NCBI RefSeq assembly: GCF_009914755.1 | Contig: NC_060940.1 | Direction: 5' to 3' (one strand) | DNA from: the human T2T-CHM13v2.0 reference genome, Homo sapiens | Length of the DNA stretch: 64,000 nt | In this document: positions 1 to 15,659 of the stretch, piece by piece | Numbering within the stretch: position 1 is the stretch's first letter | Layout: every line of letters starts with the position of its first letter | The notes under the pieces: model-generated | Told to the model about the DNA's origin: nothing | Seen by the model: only the letters and a program-made list of their open reading frames with translations | Database searches by the model: none | Program-made: the position numbers and the translations under genes

Positions 1-107
1 TGAGCCCAGGAGTTCAAAGCTGCAGTGAGCTGTGATTGTGCCATTGCACTCCAGCCTGAATGACAGAGGCAGAACTTGCCTCCAAAAAAAAAAAAAAAAA
101 AAAAAAG
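1..107 (+). mobile_element. Alu right-arm 3' end (AluJ-like), cut by window edge
   Basis: GAGCCCAGGAGTTCAAAGCTGCAGTGAGC...CACTCCAGCCTG then poly(A). Confidence 0.9.
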
Positions 108-143
108 ACAAATATTTGGGGGCTTCCCCAGATAGACGTCTGG

Positions 144-508
144 TGCTATGGTCTGAATGTCATTGTTCCCCTTGAATTCATATGTTGGAACTTAATACCC
201 AATGTGATAGTAGTAAGAGGGGCCCCTTAGGAAGTGACTAATTCATGAGGAATCCACCTTCATGAATGGGATTAGTGCCCCCTTTTATAAAAGGGGCTTG
301 AGCAAGCGCCTTTGCCTCTTTTGCCATATAAGGACACGGCAACAAGGTACCACCTATGATGCAGAGTGAGCCCTCCTCACCAGGCACTGAATCTGCAGGT
401 GCCTTGATCTGGGACATCCCAGCCTCCAGAACTGTGAGCAACACACTTCTGTCATTTATAAATTACCCAGTCTAAGGTATTTTGTGATAATAGCCCCAAA
501 ATATGACA
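144..508 (+). mobile_element. MaLR solo LTR (MST/MLT1A-like)
   Basis: TGCTATGGTCTGAATGT start; CCAGCCTCCAGAACTGTGAG and ATAAATTACCCAGTCT...GACA end typical of MaLR LTRs. Confidence 0.85.
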
Positions 509-1126
509 CCCAGAGAGTGTGGGCCCTCTAGAGGTCATTTCTTCCAGGCCCCTGCCAGATGCTGAGCTCAGCCTGCAACCCCAGGCTGTTGAAAATCCGA
601 GGAGGCTGAGGTCAGGGAGGGAGGCAGGAGGCCAGCAGGCCATCAGGGAAGGGACCCCAGTGGGCTCTTGAGGAATGGGGAAGGGGCATTAAAGGGCCCA
701 GGTAGAGGCCTGGAGTGGTGGTGGTGGCCGTGGGGGTGTGAGAAGCTGGTTTGGGTGAAGATGCAGGGAGACAAACAGAGACCCATTGGGCACGGACAGG
801 TGCTCACATGTTTCCTTGCACCTGGCATGCTTCCCCTGGTGAACACTGCCAATGTCCACCCACCTGTTCTTCACCCAGGTGGGCCTCGGGTCTGCAGGGA
901 CACAGCAAAGGAATGAAAGCCAGGGGCAGGGGTTTAAATCCTGGCTCTGTCTCTTTTCCTCCGTGTGACCTGGGGCAAGGAAATGGTCTTTATAGCTCAT
1001 GCGGTCTTTATGCAGTTGTCTTAGGTGATGGGGGATGAGAAAGTGCCTTGTAATCAATAAAGACAGATTTATTACGATAATACAAATTTATTGATTTGTA
1101 ATCAGTAAAGGCAGATTAACCATACC

Positions 1127-1416
1127 ATTTTTTTTTTTTAAATAGGGTCTTGCTGCGTCTCCCAGGCTGGAGTGTAGTGTCATGATCGTAGCTCACTGCA
1201 GCCTCGAACTCCTGGCTCAGACTATCCTTCCACCTCAGTCTCCCGAGTAGCTGGAGCTACAGGCGCACACCATCATGCTCAGCTAATTTTTATTTTTATA
1301 GAGATGGGGATCTCACTATGTTGCCCAGGCTGGTCTTGAACTCCTGGCCTCCAGCAATCCTCCCATCCCAGCCTCGCAAAGTGCTGGGTTTACAGGCGTG
1401 AGCCACTGCACCCAGA
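1127..1416 (-). mobile_element. AluJ
   Basis: Full reverse Alu with J-type GCTCACTGCAGCCTCGAACTCCTGG. Confidence 0.9.
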
Positions 1417-2317
1417 CAGGATCAACCGTATCTTTTGAGCATCCGTTCTGTGCCTGGCACCAGGACCAGTTGCTGTGGGTCAACAGAACAGTTTCAGGTG
1501 GGTGGTGGATGGAATGGCTGGTGGGCTCAGAGCTAGAGCTTAGGCCCCTCAGCTACTCCTCTGGGCAGGAGTGAGCAGTGCTCACCCTACCCCAGGCTTA
1601 GGCCACTTGCGATGTGGGGTTCCTCTTCGCGCACATCTACTGACCCTGGAACTATTGAAGCTATTTTGTGAGTGCTGTGCCCTCTCTGCTGAGACACAAT
1701 CCCTGTCTGGCACACCCCCAACACATCATTTGCCCCTGGAGTTTAACTGTACTTTGGTGAAGAGTGGCAGAGGCCAGAGGGACCCCAGGGGTGGACATGT
1801 GATTAGCTTGATGGGCAACCCCAGGACAGAGAACAGGGATGGGGAAGGAGATGCTTCCCACTGAAGACCCCATGCACTCTGCAGCTTACAATGCTCCTAA
1901 AACCCCGATGCTGGTTTATAAACTCTCTTGTCCAATTGCTGGGGTTCAACTGGGAGCCTTGGTGTGTCCCGCCCCTCCCCCAGGCTGTCCCGTTGTCAGG
2001 CGAGAATGAGGCTTATTTCTGCTCATCCACCAAGCTTGTCTGTTTCCAACTGTCCATTTTTTTTCCATCCATCTATCTGCCCGTCCATCCATCTTTCCAT
2101 CACCTCCTGTCCTTAGGCTTAGGGGATTTCCTCTTGGGAGGGGAACTCTTTTTGCAGAAAAGGACGCTGAGCCCCAAAAGCTGAGTATTTCCCAGCATAA
2201 ATGTCTGAGCCCTGTTCCCTGGGCAGGTCCTGTATTGGGGATTCAGAGTTGAATTGGAGTTGTCTCAGCCTGTGAAGGAAAGAGACCTGTCAACAGGGGG
2301 TGACAAGGAGAGTTTGT

Positions 2318-2600
2318 AGCCAGGTGTGGTGGTGCACACCTGTAGTTCTAGCTAATTGGGAAGCTGAGCAGGGAGGAATGCTTGAGCCCAGGAGTTTGAG
2401 ACCAGCCTGGGCAACATAGTGAGATGGCCCCATTTCTACAAACATTGTGAAAACTAGCCACGCATGGTGACAGATGCCTGTAGTTTGAGCTAATCGGTAG
2501 TCTGAGGCAGGAGGATCTTTGGAGCCTAGGGGTTCGAGGCTGCAGTGAGCTAGGATTGTGCCACTGCCTTACAGCCTGGGAGACAGAGTTGCAAGACTCC
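2318..2600 (+). mobile_element. AluJ, diverged
   Basis: Two arms with GAGCCCAGGAGTTTGAGACCAGCCTGGGCAACATAG and GAGGCTGCAGTGAGC. Confidence 0.85.
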
Positions 2601-4656
2601 CAGTTGCGATCATTTAAAAACTGGGAGACTGACATAGCATCTGGCTTTTAGCTTCTCTTAATTTATTAGAAGCTCTGACAGCATTGGGCCCATGTTCCCA
2701 CGTGGAGACAGTTGGTGGATACAAGATAGGCAGCTACCTCCGTCTTTCAATGGGGCATGCACTCCAATTCACCACAGACCCCACCATTCCCTACTGCTTC
2801 TCATTCCTCCCTTTCTTCACTTATGTTATCTGCCTGGACTCTCTACAAGGATTTTCATTTGTGGTTCCTGTTTCAGGAACAGGCCATGGTGTGGCCTTTC
2901 CTGACCTTGTCAAGCCTCAGGTTCCCAGAGGGGACCAAAATAGATACTGCACATTGTAGAGGGATCAGCTGAGGTAATATAGGTGAAAGCTCTCAGGAAG
3001 CCTAAAGCTCTCTGCAATCACAAAGCTACACAAATAGAAATTATTATCATCATTATTTATAACCATTGAAAGGACAGGAGACAAAGAAGTCAGTCCCCAC
3101 CATACCCCTCCCAACCCCAAGCCCACAAGGGTATTTGTGCCATTATGATGGCATTGATCATTGACATTGACAGTTATTATTAAACGATGTCAACTTCCAA
3201 ATGCAAAATGTTTACCAGATGAACTCAAATGGGCTGGCAGAAATAATGTCCAGGTGCCATCTACCTTCAACTCCTCTTCTCATGAATTTCTGTGGCATTT
3301 CTCCAGGGCCCAGAGTCAATAAGGGAGAGAGAAATGACTCCTCTGGTTTACTGAAGGTGTGACTTGTGATTCCAGCCAATGTCCTGTTGGTCCCATTGTC
3401 TCCCCTGCCACTACCCATGTGGAGTCTTAGATCTTGGAGACTGTACTATGTGGGCCAACTCTCTCCTCAAGACACATTTATTAAAAGGTGGGTGAAGTAT
3501 CTTCTCCTTTGCCTGTGTCTTTTGCCCAAAGGGAAGTTGATTGACGACAATGCTCCTTTTTCAAGCTCTGATTGCCGGTGGAGGTTGGATAAAGCATCTT
3601 GCTGTGATCTCTAAGTGGGCTGTGCCTTGAAAACATGATTGTTGTGTCTAATCATGTGTGTCTGTGGCTCCCTTGCCACTCCTGGTTGCCGTGTCACTGT
3701 GACTCTATTTAACATACTTTCAGGACCCACTGTATCTGTCCCGCCTCTCTCTGGATCTTCCCAACTCTGTGGTTGCCTCCCTGCTATATTCATGGCCCCT
3801 AGGGGATGCCACGTGTGTTCGGTTCTTCATGCTGTTCCTCTGTCTAAAATGTTCTCTTCTGTGGCAGCTTCCTGCAAACATCTTCTTCTCTTTCCAGACT
3901 TTCTTTGATGATTAAGAAGCTTGCACGACCTAAGTCTTATAATTCTGAAAATCATCTCCTAGTTTCCAGGACCCCAGATGCACCAGCATGGCTTAGGGAA
4001 AGGAAAATGACCTTTGGAGAGAGAATCTTTGGAGGGATTTGAGCCTCGGCATTGCCACTTACTAGCTACACCATTTGGGACATGTTACAAGCCCCCCTGA
4101 ACCTCAGTTTCCTCATCTGTGAAATGGGCATAATGATAGGCCCTAAATCTTGTGGTGAGGCTTACATGTGCCAATGGATATAAAGTATACATCATCACAA
4201 TGCCTGGCACATGATGAAAGATTAATAGGGGCAATTAATATAGTGTTTGTGATAGACCCAAAGATAGACTGACCCGAGGCCGACCCTGGGCACCTTTTCA
4301 ACTGAAATCCCACCACCTTATATTTTGACTTCTAGGTTTCCTTTCCCTAAAAGAGAAGTTTGGAGAAGGATCTAGAATTGTTGGTTAATCAAGGGCTTGC
4401 TACCTTCTAATCACTTCATGTTGATACTAGGATAAAGAGCAAACATCCTTCATGGGGTTTACAAGGCCCTCCATGGCCAGGACCGTGTTTATGTCCCCAG
4501 CCTCATAGTCCACTTCTCCTCTCTCCCTGGGTGGTGACACATTACACAGTACCCTCGCACATGCTCTTTTGCCCACTTAATGCCTGCTCATTCTTCAAAG
4601 CCCAGGCACTTCCTCTGGAAGCCTTCCGCAGCTCCCTGTGTTCCTTCTCGACAGAG

Positions 4657-5360
4657 TGTAACCGCCCATTGGGTCCACCTTGCCCGCTGCCTAGACAGAG
4701 CTGATTTATCAAGACAGGGGGATTGGAATACAGAGAGAGTAATTCATGCAGAGGGGCATTGTGGGAGACTGGAGTTTGATTATCACTCAAATCAGTCTCC
4801 ACAAGCATTTGGGGAGCAGAGTTTTTAAGAACAGCCTGGTAGGGGTGGTTAGTTGAAGCCAGTGAGCCAGGAGTGCAGATTGGTCAGGGAAGAAATCATA
4901 GGGAGTCGAAGCTGTCCTCTTGCGCTGAGTCAGTTCCTGGGTTGGGGCCACAAGATCAGATGAGCCAGTTGATCGATCTGGGTGGTGCCACCTGACCCGT
5001 CACGTGCAGGGTCTGCAAATTATCTCAAGCACTGATCTTAGGAACAGTTTAGGGAGGGTCAGAATCTTGTAACCTCCAGCCGCCTGACTCCTAAACCATA
5101 GTTTCTAATCTTGTGGCTGATTTTAGTCCTAACAAAGGCAATCTAGTCCCCAGGCAAGAAGGAGGTCTGCTTTGGGAAAGGGCTGTTATCATCTTTGCTT
5201 TAAACTACAAACTATGAACCATGAACTCAGTTTCTCCCAAAGTTAGGTCAGCCTACACCCAAGAATGAATAAGGACAGCTTGGAGGTTAGAAGCAAGATG
5301 GAATTGATCAAGTTAAATCTCTTTCACTGTCTCAGTCATAATTTTGCTAAGGCAGTTTCA
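4657..5360 (-). mobile_element. LTR8-family ERV1 solo LTR inserted in an L2 3' fragment
   Basis: TGTAACCGCCC...CTCAGTCATAATTTTGCTAAGGCAGTTTCA matches LTR8 reverse; 4-bp TSD AGAG (4653-4656/5361-5364); L2-like flanks ~4430-5570. Confidence 0.85.
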
Positions 5361-5829
5361 AGAGCACTTACTCTAGTTTCTGGTTTTACATTCATGACTG
5401 TGTTTTATTTGGTTCATGTCTAATTCCTCCACTGGACCGAGAGCTCCATGATGGCAGGAACCAAGTCCGTGGGTGGCCCCCTGTGGTGTCCCCAGCATTG
5501 AACACAGCAGCACGTCCCTCATGGGTGTTCACTACATAATAATTTGTTGGATGCACAGGTGGATACATGACTTACTACTTTAAGAATGTGTGCATTTGAG
5601 ATGTTTACTTGGAACAACGAAGGCTTATTCTTGAAGAAACAACAAGTGATAAGTCACCAGAAGACAGAAAACAGCATGTTGGAGCTGGGTGGCTCCTGGT
5701 GCCTGGGAAATGAACCCTTGGGGTGGTTCTTGGAAGGAAGTGAGCAGGTTTAGTCCCATCTGATGAACTCTTTCCTCTCCATGGTTAAGTTGGCTTCTAA
5801 CTCAGGGACTAAGTTTTATTTGAGACTGA

Positions 5830-6333
<504 letters not shown>

Positions 6334-6625
6334 TAACTCTTTAAATAAGCCAAACATTTATTGGCCAAAAGCAATGCACATGTGCTGTCAACAAGCAAAT
6401 TTGGGGAAACACAAAGAGAATAGAAACAGAAAATAAATATTAACCACCCAGATGTAATCATATTAGCATTTTGGGGCATATGTTTCTGATTCTTTTTAAA
6501 AAATATTTATGTCTCTCTGTGTTTTCTATTTATATATGTATTGCAACCTGATTTTTTTCATTGAGCAAATGTAAAATGAACAGAAAATGTCCAGGAAAGC
6601 AAATGTCTCCCTTCTGCTGGCCTGG

Positions 6626-7171
6626 TGTATTACACAGGGTTCTGTGGAGGGACAGAACTAATAGGATAGATGTATATACAAAGGGGAGTTTATTAAGGGG
6701 TACTGACTCACACGGTCACAAGGTGAAGTCCCACAATAGGCCATCTGCAAGCTGAGGAGCAAGGAAACCAGTCTGAGTCCCAAAACCTCAAAAGTAGGGA
6801 AGCCAGCAGTGCAGCCTTCATTCTGTGGCCAAAGGCTTGAGAGCCCCTGGCAAACCACTGGTGTAAGTCCAAGAGTCCAAAAGCTGAAGAACTTGGAGTC
6901 CAATGTTCCAGGGCAGGAAGCATCCAGCACAGGAGAAAGATGAAGGCCGGAAGACTCAGTAAGTCTGTTCTTTCCAACTTCTGCCTGCTTTATTCTAGCC
7001 ACGCTGGCAGCTGATTAGATGGTACCCACCCAGATTGAGGGTGGGTCTGCCTCTCCCAGTCCACTGACTCAAGTGTAAATCTCCTTTAGCAACATCCTCA
7101 CAGACGCACCCAGGATCAATACTTTGCCTCCTTCGATCCAATCAAGTTGACACTCAATATTAACCATCACA
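6626..7171 (-). mobile_element. MLT2A (HERV-L) solo LTR
   Basis: TGTATTA...GAGGGACAGAACTAATAGG...CCAATCAAGTTGACACTCAATATTAACCATCACA; 5-bp TSD CCTGG. Confidence 0.9.
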
Positions 7172-8497
7172 CCTGGTATGACAGTACTAGCCTTGTCCCA
7201 AGAGGCAGGAGCCCCAGAACTGCAGAGCATCTGATAGAGATGTGAATAGTGGCTTTGGAAGGAATGACTGTGGCCAGGTAAGGTGACAGGTAATGGCGAA
7301 AACAGGCATGAAATCGTGGGGCAGTTCAGGTGAGCCATTCCCCAATATTCACCAAGAGATAATAGGGAAGGGAGAGAGAGTAGGGGTCTCAAAAGCAGGG
7401 TCACGGTGCTGATAATCTGAAAGGTAGGGTCTCAGAGCCATTGAATGTTTCATTTATTCACTCAACGAGAATTTCTTGAGTGGCTAATATGTGCCAGGTG
7501 CTGCAGCAGCCAGTGGGGATTGTAGGTCACAAAAACATGACTTCATTCAAAGCATGCACCATTATTTACATATGTAAAGTGCCTTGGCATGAAATAGAAG
7601 CCCAATAATCTCTTGCAACCATAGAGATGAGCATTAATGACTTTTCCAGAATTGCATCTATGGTTGGTGATTATTCCTATGTGGCCAAATGACCAGAAGG
7701 AGCAGAAAGCTACATTTTTGTGGCATCTTGTATACATAGAAATGATTGCTGTAAATATATGTTGACTCCCTTTAATACATATGCAACTAATTGAAAGCGG
7801 GCAGTTTATGGTGTAGTATCAGTGAAACGTGCTCTGTTGCCATTAAGTATAGCTTTGTTACATTATTGAGACAACTTGCCTTGGGGGCACTGGGGTAAGT
7901 TATTGCTTCTTCAACCATATTTTGGTCCTTAGAGGACCAACCGCTAGTCCAGCTTTTATTACCTGCTGTTTCTTTAATCACAACAGGGAAATGTTGGCTA
8001 GGCATCGGACGGGAGACTTTTCTTATAAGATGAAATGAGCCAAGATTGGAAGACGACATTTTTATTTGCCTTACAAATGGACTGGATACAGTGTGAATGG
8101 CTTCGTGAATGAGATGAAGGGCTCTGCTGCGCAGCAATCCCAAACCATTCACCCTTATGCAGAGGCAGAGAGCCTCCTAAATGAATTGGGTTCTGTTGGA
8201 GTTAGCTGCTCTTATTTTCCTGTGCTGAGGAGTCTGGAGTGGGAGGGTATCCATTTCCCAACCAATAATAATTAGCTTTGATTCCAGGCAACATGTGCAT
8301 TTTTAATCCGTTAGGCATAGGGTCTTCCCGGGACCTATACGTTTTTCAAGATCTACAGAAATGTTTGAGACCAAAAACAAACAAACAAACAAACAAACAA
8401 AAAACACCACACAAACACACATACACACACACACATTGGCTTAAAAATGCAAAAGAGAAAATGACAAAATTGAAATTAATGAATATCTTAAAAATTA

Positions 8498-8914
<417 letters not shown>

Positions 8915-9239
8915 CTAGACCTCCTGAATATGCACAATTACCAAGAAATCACATCCAATCTAAATTTAAATAAATCACCTATTGCCAGATAATTTCAGGA
9001 GCAGAATTTTAAAATTTTCTCAAAAAATGTTTAGAGCCAAAAATCCATTTAATGTAGGATACAGGCAAATTTGTAGCATGTTTCAAATGCTTTCTGGTGA
9101 GACCTCCAAAAGTGAATGTGTCTAGGGTATATAAAATTCTTAAAGGGGCTTTGTCATCCTTCTTCCCCACTCACCCATAAAATAGATGAGATAAAAGCTA
9201 TTTCTAAGGGTGGCTCTTTTGTGAAGTATTTGAGCTTTA

Positions 9240-9671
9240 CGGTAGATGAGACTATTGTTTAGTAAATATTTGTTCCCTCTCCTATTACATCATTGATGTT
9301 CAGCTAGGCTATGTGACTTCCTTTTCCCTGAGAGATGGCATAGTGTACTTCCCTACCCTTCGACTGTTGAGTTGAGCTTAACTTTCTTTGGCTAATGGGA
9401 TGTGAGAGGACATAACCCTTATGAAAGGCTTGAAATGCTCTCGTGTGATGAGTTTGCCTTCTTGTGCTTTTGCCTTCTCTATGAGAAAAACATGACTTAG
9501 TTGGTTGCTGGTCCTAGAAAAATGAGATGCATCTAGAGCAGAGCCGCCCCAGCATGTCTTCAGACCTGCAACCTCCAGCAGAGCTGCTCCAGCCAAGCTA
9601 TACGGGCATGGCAGAGAAATAAGCTCTTTCTGGGATTTGGGGTTGTTTGTCTTACAGCATCTAGCTGACTG
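9240..9671 (+). mobile_element. Old MLT1 (H/I-like) LTR
   Basis: CATGTGACTT...TTTGGCTAATGGGATGTGAG...AGAAATAAG...TTTGGGGTTGTTTGTCTTACAGCA...GCTGACT. Confidence 0.65.
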
Positions 9672-10022
9672 CTGCAAGTTCCTGCACACAGTGGTGCTTA
9701 CTCATGTTTCTGAAGGAATAGCAGTTTGTTTATTTCAACCATATTGCTAGTTATTTGTTATTTTCCACCATATTGCTAGGGTTATAACTCTGAAAACAAG
9801 TTCAGCTACTTCTCACATGTTCCTTCTGCCTGAAAACTTTGTCTCCTTGCTCTTCACGTGGATGGCTTTCTATCTTTGGCTCTGGATTTAAATATTACTC
9901 CCTTGGGATGACCTCTTCTGATACATTATTTAAATACCATCTGTGGTGGAGCCTACTATTTACATATTGAAACATCTACATTCCCTTTTCTTCTCTGAAA
10001 TAACACCTTATTTTCGGGGGAA

Positions 10023-10430
10023 AAATTTCAAACTGAGACAATAGTTGGAAGAACAGTACAATTAAGTTTTCCCTCTCCTCGAATCGTTTCCCAATACTTT
10101 ACTGTGTGTGTCTTGCAATAAGGACCTTCTCCTATATGCCCATAATACGACCATTAAAGTCAGGAAATTATTATAACATTGATACATTACCACCATCTAA
10201 TCCAAAGGCCCCATTCAGGTTTCACTGACCATCCCAATAATGTCCTTTATAATCTTGCAGGGCAAGATTATCATAGCATTTAATTGTCACGTCTTATTCC
10301 GGCAGATTCATCAGTCTCTTTGTTACTTTCTTGACCTTGATACTTTTGAAGATACAGGCCATTTATGTTGTATAAGAGCTCTCAATTGGGGATTGTCTGA
10401 TGCTTTTTCGTGACTAGAACTAGGTCGTGC
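10023..10430 (-). mobile_element. L1MC-type LINE-1 3' fragment
   Basis: AAGGACCTTCTCCTA...AACATTGATACATTAC...CCCAATAATGTCCTTTATA...GACCTTGATACTTTTGAAG resemble L1MC4/5 3' UTR. Confidence 0.7.
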
Positions 10431-11433
10431 ACCAATTCTAGGCTTCAACACCCCATGCCAGATCTCTGTCCTATCCCCTCTCGTTGATGCTTACTTTGGT
10501 TGGTGCCCTTTAGTGACTTTAACACTGAATATTTGAGGAAGAATAAAAGATGAAACACTGATTTTAATTAGGGTGACATAGACTCTGCTTTAAACAACAA
10601 CAACAAAACCAAAACCCTCTAATTTCCCAATCTCTCATGAAGCTACCCAAGCCATGTGATTTAGCTTTGGCCAAGGAATGCAAAGAGAAGAGTAATATGG
10701 ACATTTTCTCAGAATGAGGACCATATATTTCTTTGCCCATTTTTCCTGTTGTTGGTCTTGAATTAGGATGCAATGGCTAGATCTCTGGATGCCATATTTG
10801 ACCATGAAGTCAAGTCCAAATGAGAAACGATCATTCCCAAATTAAGGCCGTGACTTAAGGAGGTATATAAAAGAGAAGGTGGCAATTGGTTGAATGTAGG
10901 GTGTGATGGAGAAGGACTCAAAGATGTTGTTCAGGCTCTTGGTTTGGGTAACTGGGTGAATGGTGATGATATTCATGGAGAAAGTGAGCTAAAAATTAGG
11001 AGTAAAATTATTTGGAAGGCAAGTTAAATTCGTTTTTGGAAAGAAATGAATCTGAGATATACAATGGACACCTGACGGTGTTCTCTAAGGTAACGGGAAT
11101 TGGAAACAGATTTCAATATTGAGGTGGTAGAAGAAGGGGTCAAATCATCAAATCATGATTCTGTTACTTGGAAGGAAGGCTGAAGGGGAGACCTTGAGCA
11201 TCTTGTTTCTTCTTAGTTCCATTTATGCTTTATGCTTTTGAGCACTAATCACAACAGATACTGTGGAGGCTGAGCTCCAGCCATTGTCAAGCCTGTGCTC
11301 CAGCACTGGTATAAATTACTGGAGTCCTCATTCTAGAGGAAAGCACGGGGACGAATCTTTTCTAGGGCTCTTTACCTTGTCTACTCTTCCTGCAGGGAGT
11401 AGTTCAGACTTTCTTCTTCTACCTCCTCTTCTT

Positions 11434-11733
11434 CTTTTTTTCTTTATAGAGACAAGATCTCAGTCTGTCACCCATACTGGAGTGTAGTGGCACAATTATA
11501 ACTCACTGCAGCCTCAAGTTCCTGAGCTCAGGTGATCCTCCTGCCTTAGCCTTCTGAGTAGCTTGGACTGCAGGGTTCATGCCACCATGCCTGGCTTATT
11601 TATTTATTTATTTAGTAGAAACAGGGTCTCACTATGTTGCCTAGTCTGGTCTAGAACTTCTGTCCTCAATTCATCCTCCTGCCTCAGCCTCCCAAAGTGC
11701 TGGGATTACAGGTGTGAGCCACTACACCCAGCC
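11434..11733 (-). mobile_element. AluJ
   Basis: Reverse Alu dimer. Confidence 0.88.
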
Positions 11734-11890
11734 TAGGTTTTTCTTTCTTTTCAATGAATCATAACCCTTCTCTCTTCATTTCTAGTGAACATGCATCACC
11801 TTATCCTATCACAAACCAACTCTGTGACAAATGTACTATTACTATGCCCATTTTACAAATGGAAAAACTGAGACTTAAAGAATTTAAATT

Positions 11891-12225
11891 GGCTGGGCGC
11901 AGTGACTCACACCTATAATCCCAGCTCTTTTGGAGGCCAAGATGGGAGGATTGCTTGAGGTCAGGAGTTCGAGACAAGCTGAGGCAAGAAAGCAAGACCC
12001 TGTCTCCACAAAAATTAAATAAATTAGCCAGGTGCGGTGGTGCACACCTGTAGTCCCAGCTACTCCACAGGCTGAGGCAGGAGGATAGCTTAAGCCCAGG
12101 AGTTCAAGGCTGCAGTGAACTATGATCATGCCCATTGCACTCCAGCCTGGGCAACAGAGCAAGACCCTGTTTCTAAAAATTAGACAAAATACCAAGCAAC
12201 AACACCAACAAAACAACAACACCAT
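11891..12225 (+). mobile_element. AluJ inside a MIR
   Basis: Alu dimer; upstream MIR core CCCATTTTACAAATGGAAAAACTGAGAC. Confidence 0.88.
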
Positions 12226-12405
12226 AAAACAAAGTTAAGTATCCTGGGGTTATACTGGAATCCAAATAATCTGGTTTAAGAGCTTAACCTCCTAACCACC
12301 ATGCTATACTGCCTTGTGGCAACTCATGCCTTGTGAATCTTTACTCCTGGTAGTGTTTCACAGTTGACAGAGAGCTTTTGCATTCTTGATCTCATTTGGT
12401 CCTCA

Positions 12406-12874
<469 letters not shown>

Positions 12875-13896
12875 CTACTGTATAATCCTCGCTTTCCTCA
12901 TTTACATCTGTGAAAAAGATATTCCTTTTGTTCAGATGCTCTTAGGTGCTCTGAAGCAAGCAATAGCCCAAGCTGGCATTTTGAGAGCCATTTCATGGAT
13001 GGAAAGCGGAGGCTCAATGGCTAAGGGAATTAGCCTTGGTTCTCCAGTGTGTCTGCAGTCTTCATGGCATTGGTGCTGCTGATCCACAGTCATGCCAGAG
13101 GTTGGGTCCGCAGTGAACCGCTTCACAGCTGGATGGTTGGGGGAAAAGAGAGGTCTAATGATAGAAACCTTCCCCAAAGCAAAGGATGTAAGCCCACACC
13201 GAGAATTATTAGAAAGAATAATATTCTCCCACACTGAGAATTATTAGAAAGAAAGAAAGAAAAACTAGAAAGAAGGACAAAGGCATTCCAGCATGCTTCC
13301 TGTGACAGATTGAGCCAGTCTTTGTAACCTCAGATTCACAAGGACATTGCAAAGAATTTCCTGTTGCGCTCACCAAAATTGGCTGGCCCTTGTGCCAGAG
13401 TCCCACTGACATCCAGAAAACTATTGCCCATCTTCTCTGGGCTGTGCAAGGATTAGTGTCATAATAGATCATCACAGCCAAATGTTATTATGCAAAGCAG
13501 AAAGCTGCAAGAAATGGATCTTCATTCATTGAATTTGCATGTTTGGTGGGGACTGCTTCAGACTTCCTTTATCTCGTGATCAGTCGTGTGTGTTGATCCT
13601 CTTTGCAAGTTGTTGTGAGAACTGGGTGCAGCAAAAGCTGCCACTTCAAGAGACCAAAGGGATTTCTGAGATGAAAAAGTGCATCAATTTGCATAAAGAA
13701 CTCAGATAATTTCTAGGTAGAAAGCAGGTCAGAGAGGCTCTAGACCTAGGACTCTCGTGTTGGATTGCTTAGTTTCAAATCATGCTTATGTCACTTACAT
13801 GCATGCAATCTGGATAAGACATTTAATATCTCCCCAAGCCTCAGTGTTCTCATCTGTAAAATTAGATGATGTGGTGATGATGAAAGAACATATATA

Positions 13897-14838
<942 letters not shown>

Positions 14839-15659
14839 CAACATGGGTCCAGGAATGGAGTAAGAGATCAACAAATACAGTCATTAAAATCAGTGATTCC
14901 TCATTCTTCTCCCAGCTCCTTCTTTATGAGATTTTGAAATCCATATGGATGGATAAAAATATCCCCAAATGGTGCCTAATGTTGCAGTGAAGGAAAATGA
15001 AACTCTGGAAATAAAATTAGTTCAAGGAGAAGGAGCATCTCCGCTGTTGACCCGGCTTAACACTAGACTAAGAATAGATTGCAATGGCCCCAACCTCAGG
15101 TATGCCGGATAAGTCCCTGAAGGCCCTAGAGGGGAACCTGAGAAGGGTTTGAATGTTTGCATGTGTGTTCGACAAGCTGGTACCTGGTAGCTGAGATGTA
15201 GAGGAGAATCATTGTGCCCTATGTAGAGACTGGACTATGTGGACTTTTTCATAGCTGTAGACAAAGACACGCTGACAGTACCAGACTGGTTTTCAACCTA
15301 ATGGCAGCCTCGGGGACAAGGGAAGGTGAAAATGGGGCTGCCTATGAATGGATGCGACTCCTCAGGTTTCCATCAGCCTGAAGTTTGGAAGTGATCTTTG
15401 GATTAACTGAGTCGGCAGAGTGTTGGACCACGAGAAGGCAGATGTGGAGTGAGATACTGGACTTCTTGGCTCCTGTGAGCAAAGAGGATGGGCATGAGAT
15501 TAAATGGAAAAGTAAGAGACGTGACAGTTTCCCAGGTTAATAACATGAGTAATGCCAGTTACATGCATGGGAGCTCATTTAACAACTCTTCAGGGTTGTG
15601 TTACTACCCAAACCCTTTATGATGCTGAGCACGCACTGCAGACACTGATTCCTGCCTGC

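Noticed and set aside
324-333. Perfect CArG box CCATATAAGG
   Set aside because: Explained by decay of the MaLR motif CCATGTGAGG; isolated, no supporting context.
14980-15540. Possible ancient LTR or exon
   Set aside because: Could not match to any consensus or splice pattern with confidence.
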